From the NCBI GenBank assembly GCA_965279035.1, contig OZ257142.1, positions 64,001 to 128,000 on the forward strand: a DNA stretch of 64,000 nt, given 5' to 3'. Positions 47,280 to 57,257 of the stretch are shown here, piece after piece. The notes below the pieces were generated by a model that made no database searches, had not been told where the DNA came from, and saw only the letters and a program-made list of their open reading frames with translations. The position numbers and the translations under genes were made by a program. The number at the start of each line of letters is the position of its first letter. Position 1 is the first letter of the stretch. Source of the stretch: Bacteroidia bacterium. Lineage in GTDB: Bacteria > Bacteroidota > Bacteroidia > M30B66.

Positions 47280-49316
47280 TTAACGATTCGCTGTTTCTTT
47301 TGCTTTGCTCAAACCTGATTTTAGGAAATTGAGATAGTTCTCTTTGCTCGTGTAACCTACCGGTTCGGCGAGTTGCTTGCCTTCGGGCGAAAGAGCAACG
47401 TATTGTGGCTGCGAGTTCGTATTGAAATTTACTACTTGCATGTTGCTCCATTTATTCCCTACAGTGCGCACGCGTTTACCCGTTTTGCAGCTTGTAAACC
47501 ATTCGGATTCAGGAAGTTTAGCTTTCTCGTCGACATATAATGAAACGAGTACATATTCTTCGCTCATGATTTTTTTCACTTCGGGATCGATCCAAACACC
47601 TTCTTCCATGCGGCGACAATTAACGCATGCCCAACCGGTGAAATCGATGAGTAAAGGCTTGTTTTCCTTGAGAGCACGCGCTTTTGCAACTTCATAATCG
47701 TGTTCGCAAGGAATGCCTTGAGGACAATGATCATCGCCTGTTGTTTCGGTTTTCTTCTCCGATTGAGCGGCATAACTGTAAAACGTTGGAGGTGGAAAAC
47801 CGGAGATGAGTTCGAGACCAGCACCGAAAATTCCGCTGGTAAAATACACTCCACAAGCAAAGAAGAATGTTGCTAAACCGATGCGGAATGCACTGCGTTT
47901 TTTGAGTTTGCTATCGTGTGGAAAACGAATGAAACCTAATAGATACAAGGCTAAACCAAAAGCTAAAACTGCCCAAATAGCTAAGAAAGGCTCACGTTTG
48001 AGAATTCCCCATTGCTCAACTAAATCGGCATTGGAAAGGAATTTCAGCGCCATTCCAAGTTCCAAGAAACCTAGTACGACTTTGACGGAGTTGAGCCATC
48101 CACCACTTTTAGGAAGTGAGTTTAACCAAGCAGGAAAAGCTGCAAAGAGCGCAAAAGGAAGTCCGAGTGCCGAGCCAAATCCGAGCATAACAAACAGAAT
48201 ATTATACGGATCGGGATTGGTTGCTAAGGTTCCGGCGAGGAAAGAACCAAGGATTGGTCCGGTACAGCTAAATGAAACCAAAGCCAATGTGATCGCCATA
48301 AAGAACACACCGATGAAACCGCCCAAGTTGGAAGCGCTATCTGCTTTATTTGCTAAAGAGGAAGGAAGTTGGATTTCGAAATACCCAAAAAAGGAGATGG
48401 AGAATACAACGAAAATGACAAAGAAAACGATGTTCAACACCGCGCTAGTAGCGATTTCGTTGAGTGTGTCGGGTGGAACTTTTGCCACAATAAACGGCAC
48501 TGCCAACAAGGTATAAATAGCCGCAATGGACAATCCATACGTTACAGCCATGATGAGTCCTTTGCGTCGGTTTTGAGCGCTCTTGGTGAAGAAGCTAACT
48601 GTTAGCGGAATCATTGGAAACACACATGGAGTTAGCAATGCCACTAGTCCACCACCGAATCCCAATAAGAAAATAAACCAGTAGCTCTGTGCTTCTGCTG
48701 ATGTTTGTTTGCTGTTAAGTCCCTCGATTACGTAGTCTTTGCAATTATCAGGACCACCCGTTGAAGGACCAACTGTTTGAGTTGTTGCATTGGAATCTCC
48801 CGTTGGAGCAAGTTGTGCTGTACTTGTATCGATCGCAGATGTATTAATAGCCGCTATTTTGCGCCCTTTGATGATGAATGAAAAGGGTTGTTGATCGAAG
48901 GGAATGCAGCCTTGATCGTCGCATGTCATTCCACTTATTTCGCCCGTTACTTTGAAATCCTTGCCGCTTTTGATTCGAATTTCTTGGGTGAACGTGACTT
49001 TCTTATCCTTGAACGTGCTCACATCAACACCAAAAAGATCGTCGTGAACTGTTTCTGGTTTAGGCTCTTTTACTTTTCCAATGGTTGAGAAATCCTTGCT
49101 TTTATTGAATTCAAAAATGGTTGGAAGTGGACCACCTTCAGGTGTGAATTGCGAATACAGATGGTGTCCGCCCGACATGCTTGCGATGAAAGAAAGAACT
49201 TCGGTGCTGTCGTTTGTTCGTTTTTGACTGAACGACCAAGTGATCATTGTCTGAATTTGAGCAGAAGCATTGATCGTAAAAAGGAGAAGAAAGAAGCTGG
49301 TGAGAATTCTTTTCAT
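47280..49316 (-). CDS. dsbD: Thiol:disulfide interchange protein DsbD with thioredoxin domain
   Basis: LTPCVFPMIP, SFSCTGP, DFTGWACVNCR; signal peptide from ATG 49316. Confidence 0.9.
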   Translation of the reverse strand: MKRILTSFFLLLFTINASAQIQTMITWSFSQKRTNDSTEVLSFIASMSGGHHLYSQFTPEGGPLPTIFEFNKSKDFSTIGKVKEPKPETVHDDLFGVDVSTFKDKKVTFTQEIRIKSGKDFKVTGEISGMTCDDQGCIPFDQQPFSFIIKGRKIAAINTSAIDTSTAQLAPTGDSNATTQTVGPSTGGPDNCKDYVIEGLNSKQTSAEAQSYWFIFLLGFGGGLVALLTPCVFPMIPLTVSFFTKSAQNRRKGLIMAVTYGLSIAAIYTLLAVPFIVAKVPPDTLNEIATSAVLNIVFFVIFVVFSISFFGYFEIQLPSSLANKADSASNLGGFIGVFFMAITLALVSFSCTGPILGSFLAGTLATNPDPYNILFVMLGFGSALGLPFALFAAFPAWLNSLPKSGGWLNSVKVVLGFLELGMALKFLSNADLVEQWGILKREPFLAIWAVLAFGLALYLLGFIRFPHDSKLKKRSAFRIGLATFFFACGVYFTSGIFGAGLELISGFPPPTFYSYAAQSEKKTETTGDDHCPQGIPCEHDYEVAKARALKENKPLLIDFTGWACVNCRRMEEGVWIDPEVKKIMSEEYVLVSLYVDEKAKLPESEWFTSCKTGKRVRTVGNKWSNMQVVNFNTNSQPQYVALSPEGKQLAEPVGYTSKENYLNFLKSGLSKAKETANR

Positions 49317-49329
49317 AGGAGATTTTGGT

Positions 49330-50988
49330 TCAGAGAGCAGCATTTTTTTCCTTGCTGCTATTGCTAACAAGTTTATTGGAATTGAGCAACTCGATGGCTT
49401 TGAGAATGGATTTGTCGCGGGAGTTCTGAATGGAATAAAAACCTTCGTTTCCATAGAGAGAACGCCCCATTAAGGCAAGAAGCTGGGTGCGAATTATTTC
49501 GGAAGAACGTGTCATTCCTAACACATCGGCTTTCACGCCATTTTTTGAGACAAAGGCAGCAAAATCGGTTAGAGGATAATTTTGATACGCTTTAGCAAAT
49601 CCATCTGCTGTTTTGAATTTTGCTTTGATTTCGTTGCGGTGACCATCGATGTATTCGAAAGCAAAACGATTGATTAATCCTTTGGCTACAATTTCTGAGA
49701 GAAAGCTGGAATAACCACTCGTATCAATGGGAATGAACACATCGGGCATGATACCACCACCACCGTAAACAACTCTTCCCGAAGGTGTTTTGAATGCAAT
49801 TCCTTTCATGCTTTTCATGGAATCGGAACTAGCCATTTCGCCACGAGCATAACGTTCGCCGAGTTCGTGATAATAGGCGTCTGTTCCTTCTTGATAGGAT
49901 TTTTGAATGCATCTGCCTGTGGGCGTATAATAACGTGCAATAGTTAAACGCATGGCTGAACTATCATCAAAACGCACTTCTTCTTGCACAAGACCTTTAC
50001 CAAAGGAGCGACGACCAACAACCCAACCGCGATCATTATCTTGAACAGCACCAGAAACAATTTCTGAAGCAGAAGCAGAACCTTCATCAATGAGAATGAC
50101 CAATCCACCCGATTCGAATCCACCTTTTGCAGTAGCATCAAAATCTTCGCGTTTGCGGGCTTTTCCTTGTGTGTAGACAATCTTTTTTCCTTTGGGAAGA
50201 AATTCATCACATAAATCAACGGCTGCATTTAAGTATCCACCGGGATTATCACGCAAATCGAGAATGAGTTTTTTCATTCCGTTCATGCTTAATTGATTGA
50301 ATGCTTTGAGGTATTCGTCGTAGGTAGTAGCTGCAAATCGGGTAATTTTGATGTATCCGATTCCAGGAGAAACCATGTAGCTGGCTTCGACTGAGTAAAG
50401 AGGAATTTGTCCGCGGGTGATTGTGTATTGGGTGATTTTATGAAGCGAAGGGCGAAAGATTCCGACTTTCACTTTCGTACCGCGTTTGCCTCGAAGTTTC
50501 TTGATAACATCTTCGTTCTTCACTCCTACTCCGGCGATGCTTTTTCCTTCGATACTGACGATACGATCACCACTTTGGATTCCGAGCTCTTCGGAAGGAC
50601 CGCCCGTAATGGCAGCAACCACCATAATGGTATCGCGTTGAATGTTGAATTCTACACCGATTCCGTCGAAATTTCCTTCGAGTTGCTCGCTAACACCTTG
50701 AAGTTCGGAAGCTGGAATGTAAGCCGAATGGGGATCTAATTGTTGAAGTAAAGAAACGATAGCATCTTCTTCCAATTTTTTGGTGTTGATGGTATCGACA
50801 TATTCTTCGATAATGTAGTTAAGTACGTCGTTGAGTTTATTGTCTTTCCCCTTTAAACTAAAACCCTTTTTGTGATTTCCTACCGTTGAATTTCCAGAGA
50901 GGAAATAGCCAATAAAGACACCAGAAGCAATAGCAGCACCTAATAAAAATGGAAGAAAAATAGTAACGCGTGAGCGGTTGGAATTCAT
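49330..50988 (-). CDS. S41 family carboxy-terminal processing protease
   Basis: LDPHS, PDZ domain, LDLRDNPGG, SASASEI, RSFGKGLVQ. Confidence 0.93.
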   Translation of the reverse strand: MNSNRSRVTIFLPFLLGAAIASGVFIGYFLSGNSTVGNHKKGFSLKGKDNKLNDVLNYIIEEYVDTINTKKLEEDAIVSLLQQLDPHSAYIPASELQGVSEQLEGNFDGIGVEFNIQRDTIMVVAAITGGPSEELGIQSGDRIVSIEGKSIAGVGVKNEDVIKKLRGKRGTKVKVGIFRPSLHKITQYTITRGQIPLYSVEASYMVSPGIGYIKITRFAATTYDEYLKAFNQLSMNGMKKLILDLRDNPGGYLNAAVDLCDEFLPKGKKIVYTQGKARKREDFDATAKGGFESGGLVILIDEGSASASEIVSGAVQDNDRGWVVGRRSFGKGLVQEEVRFDDSSAMRLTIARYYTPTGRCIQKSYQEGTDAYYHELGERYARGEMASSDSMKSMKGIAFKTPSGRVVYGGGGIMPDVFIPIDTSGYSSFLSEIVAKGLINRFAFEYIDGHRNEIKAKFKTADGFAKAYQNYPLTDFAAFVSKNGVKADVLGMTRSSEIIRTQLLALMGRSLYGNEGFYSIQNSRDKSILKAIELLNSNKLVSNSSKEKNAAL

Positions 50989-51046
50989 GGTTTGTATTTC
51001 TGAACTGCTATGAACGTAAAAAGTAGTCGGAATGATTTAAATAACC

Positions 51047-51514
51047 TTACAAAATTTCATAATGATCTACCTCAACGCCGAATTTTCGAAGAAACTCAAC
51101 CCCTTCATCGATGTCCATTCCTTTGTAAACAGCGTAGGAATTTAAGAAAATTACCTTTTTAATTCCAACTGACAGTATGATACGGGCACAGGATAAACAA
51201 GGTGAAAGTGTCACGTACAAGGTGCTTCCATCGAGGTCGGTTTTGTTTTTTGCGGCATATAAGATCGCATTGGCTTCGGCGTGTAATGCGAGGTAGCAGC
51301 TTCCTTTTCTATCACGAGCGCAACCGGTTTCGGGCCATTCTTCATCGCAATTGTGCGTTCCTGCTGGTGGTCCGTTGTAACCAAGGGAAATAATGCGAGT
51401 GTCTTTGGTGAGGACTGCTCCTACTTTTTGTTTCACGCAATGAGAGCGCAAAGCTAAGCTGGAAGCAAGATCCATGTATATCTGGTTGAAAGATGGTACT
51501 GTCTCTTTTTTCAT
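51047..51514 (-). CDS. dCMP deaminase family protein
   Basis: GYNG, HAEANAI, SPCLSC. Confidence 0.92.
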   Translation of the reverse strand: MKKETVPSFNQIYMDLASSLALRSHCVKQKVGAVLTKDTRIISLGYNGPPAGTHNCDEEWPETGCARDRKGSCYLALHAEANAILYAAKNKTDLDGSTLYVTLSPCLSCARIILSVGIKKVIFLNSYAVYKGMDIDEGVEFLRKFGVEVDHYEIL

Positions 51515-51690
51515 TGGAAGCGTAAAATTAACAATTGCCGCGACATGCTTCCTGTGACAGATATCACTGATTGTAGGGAAGGGAATATTTTAACTATTAA
51601 TTTTGAAAAGAAATCAGTTAACAAACGTTATATTCGTCAAACATTCATGTTCAACCATCGTTAAATACACTTATTTATTTAGACAGAGAT

Positions 51691-52002
51691 ATGCCACTAA
51701 AAAGAACAAGAAGTTCTGAAATGAAAGCGAAGAAAGTTCGTCGTATAAAACATTTACTTAGAGCTTCCTCCTCTTCTTTACCAGAAATTCCCGAACATTT
51801 TTCTGAAGCAGAAATTTCTGTTTTAACGATTAGTATGTCTAAACATTCCAAAACACTGGCATTTACTCACAATGTTCCTGTTGTTGTTGCTATTGAAAAT
51901 ACGATTTATAAAATTTATAAGTCCGGCTATCGAAAAAAAATTGGAGTCATTGATGCTTCTAACTCTAATATAAAGATTGCTGAAAAATTTCGACTTGATT
52001 AA
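51691..52002 (+). CDS. Small basic hypothetical protein, candidate antitoxin
   Basis: 103-aa ORF whose stop is 1 nt before the zeta-like ATG. Confidence 0.55.
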   Translation: MPLKRTRSSEMKAKKVRRIKHLLRASSSSLPEIPEHFSEAEISVLTISMSKHSKTLAFTHNVPVVVAIENTIYKIYKSGYRKKIGVIDASNSNIKIAEKFRLD

Positions 52003-52003
52003 A

Positions 52004-52729
52004 ATGACTAAGCGTTTAAGAATTTTTGCCGGTCCAAATGGGTCAGGGAAATCGAGTCTTTACGCTGAGATAAAAAAGGAATATAATAGTGGATCATTTA
52101 TTAATGCTGATTTACTATTTCAATTATTACAAGAAAAAAATCAATTTGATTTTAGTCTATTGGGCATAACAGAAGCAGCTAAATTTTTACAAGAAAGTAA
52201 TTATTTCGAAAGCATTTTAACACAATCGATACTTTATTCGAAGATAAAAGAATTAAGAACTGAAAAGTCTATTCTTTATTTGGACGGATTGGATGCAGAT
52301 AATCAATTTGCATCAGCATTGTCACAATTTATTTTTTTAGAACTTCTTGATTTAGGTTTTTCGTTTTCATACGAAACAGTGATGTCTGATCCACGGAAGA
52401 TTGACTTGTTTAAACTTGCAAAATCAAAAGGGTACAAACTTTACTTATATTTTATTTGCACTGAATCGCCACAAATAAATATTGGAAGAATAGATCAACG
52501 AGTTGCAAGTAGTGGACATGATGTTCCAGATGAGCGTGTTATAAAACGTTACAATCGCGTTTTTGAACATTTAAAAGATGTTGTAAATATCATGGACAGA
52601 GCCTATTTCTTTGATAATAGTGGAATGAAACCAGATCTATTTTGCGAGGTAAATCAAGGTGATTATCAAATAATAAAAGATCAAATTCCGAATTGGTTTA
52701 TTCAAAGGGTTGTTCGAAAATCCAACTAA
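52004..52729 (+). CDS. Zeta-toxin-like P-loop kinase
   Basis: RLRIFAGPNGSGKSS, FINAD, FSYETVMS, RVASSGHDVP, FDNS. Confidence 0.82.
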   Translation: MTKRLRIFAGPNGSGKSSLYAEIKKEYNSGSFINADLLFQLLQEKNQFDFSLLGITEAAKFLQESNYFESILTQSILYSKIKELRTEKSILYLDGLDADNQFASALSQFIFLELLDLGFSFSYETVMSDPRKIDLFKLAKSKGYKLYLYFICTESPQINIGRIDQRVASSGHDVPDERVIKRYNRVFEHLKDVVNIMDRAYFFDNSGMKPDLFCEVNQGDYQIIKDQIPNWFIQRVVRKSN

Positions 52730-52730
52730 A

Positions 52731-53165
52731 TTATTTCGAATAAATCCCCGGAACAACGATCTGCATGAGTGAGCCTGAATTTTCAATACCAAGAAATCCA
52801 AATTGGGCGTATAAGCCATGTGCGTCGCGGGTTGCAAGCATGATTCTACGAAGGCCTTGCAGTTTAGAATGAGTCATGATTTCGTGCATGAGCAGTTTGC
52901 TCAAACCTTTGCCACGATGTTCTTCCAAAATATAAATATCCGCTAGGTAAGCAAACGTTGCATAATCAGAGATCATTCGGGCAAAACCAATTTGCGTTCC
53001 CTGAAAATACACTCCCCAACACAAGGAATTTTCAATGCTTCGTTTTACGATTTCCAGCGGAATATCTTTCGCCCAATAGGATTGAGATAAGAAAGAATGA
53101 ACTGCTTCAGCCTGTAACAATGCTGGCTCATCTGAAATAACATAGTGCTCATGTATGCGTCTCAT
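52731..53165 (-). CDS. GNAT family N-acetyltransferase
   Basis: SYWA, IGFAR, HRGKGL, AHGLYAQFGF. Confidence 0.9.
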   Translation of the reverse strand: MRRIHEHYVISDEPALLQAEAVHSFLSQSYWAKDIPLEIVKRSIENSLCWGVYFQGTQIGFARMISDYATFAYLADIYILEEHRGKGLSKLLMHEIMTHSKLQGLRRIMLATRDAHGLYAQFGFLGIENSGSLMQIVVPGIYSK

Positions 53166-54340
53166 TCCGAATCTGAGGTGCTGGTTTCTTCCTGTGGAAT
53201 GTCTTTACGACGGATGTATTTCAGATTCACTTGTTCGAAATATTCACGCTGTAGCACATTGTTTTCCATGTTGGTGAAATACTCTTGATAGGAAGTTAAT
53301 CTGCCATTTGTATCGTAATTAAAAAGCGTCCCATGTATATCGTTTACTGATTCCAAATGATTGATGGAAATCACTTTCCCATTTGAGTTATAAGCTATCG
53401 AATCGTGAAGGAAATTTGACCAGTCCTTTGACCAATACCAAGCTCCAATGAGTAAAGAATCTTGGTATTCGTATTCCAATAGAAAATTTACTTCTGGACC
53501 ATCAGGCTGATATTGAATTTCCTCGATGAGATCACTTTCTTCTTCATCGGGAAGATAAAAACCTTTCTTCACTTGAGAAATTAAAGAATCAATCAAAGGA
53601 AAAGAATCGTAATTCAGTGTATCCGAAAGGCCAATAATGCGATGGAGTTGAGATTTCGCAGTGTATTCGAATAAAAGAATGGAACGATTAAATGCAGACT
53701 GATACGAACGTTGAGTCATATCGCCAACTACAATTTTTGTCAACTGATTTTGATCGTTGTAGAAATATTCCCAGCAGGAAGAGGTATCTTTTTTTGAAAC
53801 GGTATCTACTCGATAAACACTGCCATAATAAATAGAATCTATCAATTCATTTTTTCCTTTGTGGGCAGAATAAAAATAGGTGTTATAGTATGCGCCACCG
53901 CGGCAATTATAAGATTGCGTAGTGTATTCTTGGCATTGCCACTTTTCTGTTGAGTCGTTGTTATAATAGTTGAATCCTCCCCACATAAATGGGAACATTC
54001 CCCATACAGCATTTTTAGTTGGAGTAAACACCAATCCTTCTAGAGGCCTTACTTCCGGTTCTTGACCATTTTCCCAAAAAACAATTTCTTCTTTATTGTA
54101 TTGTTTTACACGTCTTTTCTCACGCCATTTGGGAAACAGCCCTTTCTGCGGGACAGTACAAATGGTAAAAGTGACCATCATGGGTAAATCAAACGAAACC
54201 CATATAACTCCGTCGCCATCCCATTGTTTCACTTCCACCTGACCATTCTCTGATAATTCTGTACTAATAGCCAATGTTTGCGCAGTGAGGCATGCGAAAG
54301 GAAACGTAAAAACAAGAACAAGTAACAGTTTATTCATCAT
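53162..54340 (-). CDS. Secreted hypothetical protein with YD-like repeats
   Basis: Signal peptide; YNDQNQL, YNSNGKV, YDTNGRL. Confidence 0.65.
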   Translation of the reverse strand: MMNKLLLVLVFTFPFACLTAQTLAISTELSENGQVEVKQWDGDGVIWVSFDLPMMVTFTICTVPQKGLFPKWREKRRVKQYNKEEIVFWENGQEPEVRPLEGLVFTPTKNAVWGMFPFMWGGFNYYNNDSTEKWQCQEYTTQSYNCRGGAYYNTYFYSAHKGKNELIDSIYYGSVYRVDTVSKKDTSSCWEYFYNDQNQLTKIVVGDMTQRSYQSAFNRSILLFEYTAKSQLHRIIGLSDTLNYDSFPLIDSLISQVKKGFYLPDEEESDLIEEIQYQPDGPEVNFLLEYEYQDSLLIGAWYWSKDWSNFLHDSIAYNSNGKVISINHLESVNDIHGTLFNYDTNGRLTSYQEYFTNMENNVLQREYFEQVNLKYIRRKDIPQEETSTSDSE

Positions 54341-54924
54341 TGAAAGATCGTTTCCGCTAATTCATCAAAAGGAAAAACTTTCCCATAGACCTTATCCTGA
54401 ATGGCTTCTGCGCTTATTTGCAGATATAAGGGGCGATCATCAATATAATCTACCTTTATTGTAATGTGCCCATAGAGTTGCTCGAGTTTATCTCCCGAAT
54501 AAAATGCTGGAACAGCCGGACGTAAAATATGACGGTCGATTTGTTCGATATGCCCAGCACGGGAAATTGTTTGTCGATCACTCAAATACAGGTTGTATCC
54601 AATACGCATGATACGATCACGAAAGAAATCCTGTAAATAGGGAAAGAGTGTTTTCCCCATGGAATCGGTAAAATGAAGCAACACATGACGCGAATTTCCC
54701 TCTACAAAAACATGCATGGGAACATCGCCGGTAATATTGAGTTTGTTGAGCGTATAGGATGTATAGAGGTTTTTTAGAATCTCTTCATGTCCACCTTGAC
54801 TCAACCAATTTTTATACTGTTGCTTATGCGAAAATGAACGCACCAACATTTCTTGACGAACTGGTTCCTGCGCTTTGGGTGCAGAAAAAACACGTTTTAC
54901 AAAGAGTGCGAGTTGCTCAAACAT
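54337..54924 (-). CDS. Hypothetical protein
   Basis: 195-aa ORF in an operon downstream of gltA. Confidence 0.7.
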   Translation of the reverse strand: MFEQLALFVKRVFSAPKAQEPVRQEMLVRSFSHKQQYKNWLSQGGHEEILKNLYTSYTLNKLNITGDVPMHVFVEGNSRHVLLHFTDSMGKTLFPYLQDFFRDRIMRIGYNLYLSDRQTISRAGHIEQIDRHILRPAVPAFYSGDKLEQLYGHITIKVDYIDDRPLYLQISAEAIQDKVYGKVFPFDELAETIFQ

Positions 54925-54963
54925 CGATAGAAAACGTTCGTCAGGAAAGTTTAGTGTGTTAAA

Positions 54964-56247
54964 TCAACGGTCGGCAATGTTAACATAATTGCGTTTTACA
55001 GCACCTGTGTATATCTGACGAGGACGAGAAATCGGTTCTTTATTTCCAAGCATTTCCTTCCACTGAGAAATCCATCCCGGCAAGCGACCAAGTGCAAACA
55101 TCACCGTAAACATATCGGTTGGAATTCCCATTGCTCGATAGATGATACCCGAATAGAAATCGACGTTTGGGTACAATTTACGCTCGATAAAATAAGGATC
55201 ACTTAAAGCTGCTTCTTCTAATTGTTTCGCAATATCGAGCATTGGATCGCTTACTCCCAATTTGTTGAGCATTTGATCGCAAGCGTCTTTGATGATACTT
55301 GCACGTGGATCGAAATTCTTGTAAACGCGGTGTCCAAAACCCATCAAACGGAAAGGATCATCCTTGTCTTTGGCTTTATTGATGAATTTTTTCACATCGC
55401 CACCATCGTTACGAATCTGTTCCAACATTTCAATAACTGCCTGGTTTGCTCCACCGTGAAGAGGTCCCCACAAAGCACAAATTCCAGCTGAAATGGATGC
55501 ATACAAATTCGCCTGAGAAGAACCAACCATTCGAACGGTTGAAGTAGAGCAGTTTTGCTCATGATCGGCATGCAGAATAAGTAACTTATCGAGTGCATTC
55601 ACAATCACTGGATCGGGCTCATATTCTTCGGTGGGCATTGCAAACATCATGTGTAGGAAATTCTCTACATAATTGAATGAATTACGCGGATACATCACAG
55701 GATGACCAACAGAATTTTTATATGCCCAGGCCGCAATCGTACTGAATTTGGCTAATAAACGGATAACTGTAAGTTCTATGTCATCTGCATTTCTTCCTGA
55801 TTTTGGTTCGGGATAAAATGTCGATAAAGAGCAAGTAATAGAAGCTACAACACCCATTGGATGGGCTTTTGCCGGATATGCCTCATAAAAACGTTTCATG
55901 TCTTCATGAATAAGCGTATGACGCGTAATGGCATTTGTAAAACGCTCTAATTCTTCTTTTTTAGGCAGTTCTCCATGAATAAGCAAATAAGCAACTTCGA
56001 TAAACGAAGAACGCTCGGCTAATTGTTCGATTGGATAACCGCAGTATCTTAAAATTCCTGCTTCACCATCTAAAAATGTGATGCCGCTGGTTGTTGCACC
56101 TGTATTTTTATAGCCAGAATCCAGCGTGATAAATCCGGAATCAGACCGAAGGTTTTGAATGTCGATGGCTTTCTCGTCTTCTGTTCCAGTAATAACAGGA
56201 AGTTCGAAGGTTTTTCCATCCAAAGTGATTGAAGCAGTTTGACTCAT
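54964..56247 (-). CDS. gltA: Citrate synthase
   Basis: HADHEQNCST, GPLHGGANQ, MGFGHRVY, YPNVDFYSG. Confidence 0.98.
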   Translation of the reverse strand: MSQTASITLDGKTFELPVITGTEDEKAIDIQNLRSDSGFITLDSGYKNTGATTSGITFLDGEAGILRYCGYPIEQLAERSSFIEVAYLLIHGELPKKEELERFTNAITRHTLIHEDMKRFYEAYPAKAHPMGVVASITCSLSTFYPEPKSGRNADDIELTVIRLLAKFSTIAAWAYKNSVGHPVMYPRNSFNYVENFLHMMFAMPTEEYEPDPVIVNALDKLLILHADHEQNCSTSTVRMVGSSQANLYASISAGICALWGPLHGGANQAVIEMLEQIRNDGGDVKKFINKAKDKDDPFRLMGFGHRVYKNFDPRASIIKDACDQMLNKLGVSDPMLDIAKQLEEAALSDPYFIERKLYPNVDFYSGIIYRAMGIPTDMFTVMFALGRLPGWISQWKEMLGNKEPISRPRQIYTGAVKRNYVNIADR

Positions 56248-56338
56248 GGGAATCAGTGTGTTAAATGTGCGCGCAAGTTATGAAAGAGGAAGACAGAACC
56301 TTGGAATTTTAATGAATATTTCGACAAATTAATGCCGC

Positions 56339-57145
56339 TTAAATTCGCTTCGCTTCTGCCTGAACAAAGGTGTAAAAGAAGCAAGCATCTGGATGTAAAT
56401 GGAAAGTAAAAATTGCCTCTTTCGCAGCAAGTCTTTCGGAGGCATTTATTAAACCTTCTGCTTCCATTAAATCACCCACGCTTTCCATCAAATTCCACCA
56501 ATAGTCCATCATCGAGCGCAAGGCTTCGGGTTGTGTTCTATCGCGAAGCATCAAATGGGCTCGTACTTGAATTTTTTCAAATCCAGCATCAAACAACCAA
56601 TTGCGGAGTTTCGCCCCAACATAAGGATCGCCGTTTAGCAATTCCTGACGTTGACAATAGCGCGTCCAATAGGTTTCTATGGCTGAATTGCGTGGATAGA
56701 TATACAGACTATTATTTTGAACTTCTGTAATGTGAATGCTAGCTCCTGGTTTTAATTGCTTTGCAGCATGGTTTATTAAAGTGGCAGGATCGGGCACATG
56801 CTCTAAAACCCAACAAATAAAAGCTGCATCAAAAAGTTGATCTGCTTGCCAATCCTCAAATTCAGAACAAACACATTGAATCTTTTTCCCCAATTCAAGA
56901 TTAGATTTTACCCAGGATTTTATTCTTTCTATTTGATCTGGATTTCGATCGAGACAACAAATTCTTAAATCTGGTGACGTTTCAATTAATACTCTTGTTT
57001 GCGCACCAACACCACAACCAATTTCTAAGAGATTTCCAAATTTAGGGAGTTGAAGATCTTGGTAAATATCAGGAGCCAAAAAGGCTGATTGATCAAGAAG
57101 TCGTTGGAATTCTTTTTCGGTATACCCGTGAAAATAATCGCTCAT
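56339..57145 (-). CDS. Class I SAM-dependent methyltransferase
   Basis: LLEIGCGVG, WVLEHVPDP, LKPG; likely start MSDYFHGY. Confidence 0.88.
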   Translation of the reverse strand: MSDYFHGYTEKEFQRLLDQSAFLAPDIYQDLQLPKFGNLLEIGCGVGAQTRVLIETSPDLRICCLDRNPDQIERIKSWVKSNLELGKKIQCVCSEFEDWQADQLFDAAFICWVLEHVPDPATLINHAAKQLKPGASIHITEVQNNSLYIYPRNSAIETYWTRYCQRQELLNGDPYVGAKLRNWLFDAGFEKIQVRAHLMLRDRTQPEALRSMMDYWWNLMESVGDLMEAEGLINASERLAAKEAIFTFHLHPDACFFYTFVQAEAKRI

Positions 57146-57257
57146 ACAAGAATGAATCTTCAAACATAAGGAATGAATCATTTTGCTTTCAAATAAATTA
57201 TTCAAGGACCGAACATCCTGATTCGCGCTCATGTACTTTTGTCGGCGAATATTTCCT

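Noticed and set aside
47806-48516. 236-aa plus-strand ORF
   Set aside because: Antisense shadow of the hydrophobic dsbD region
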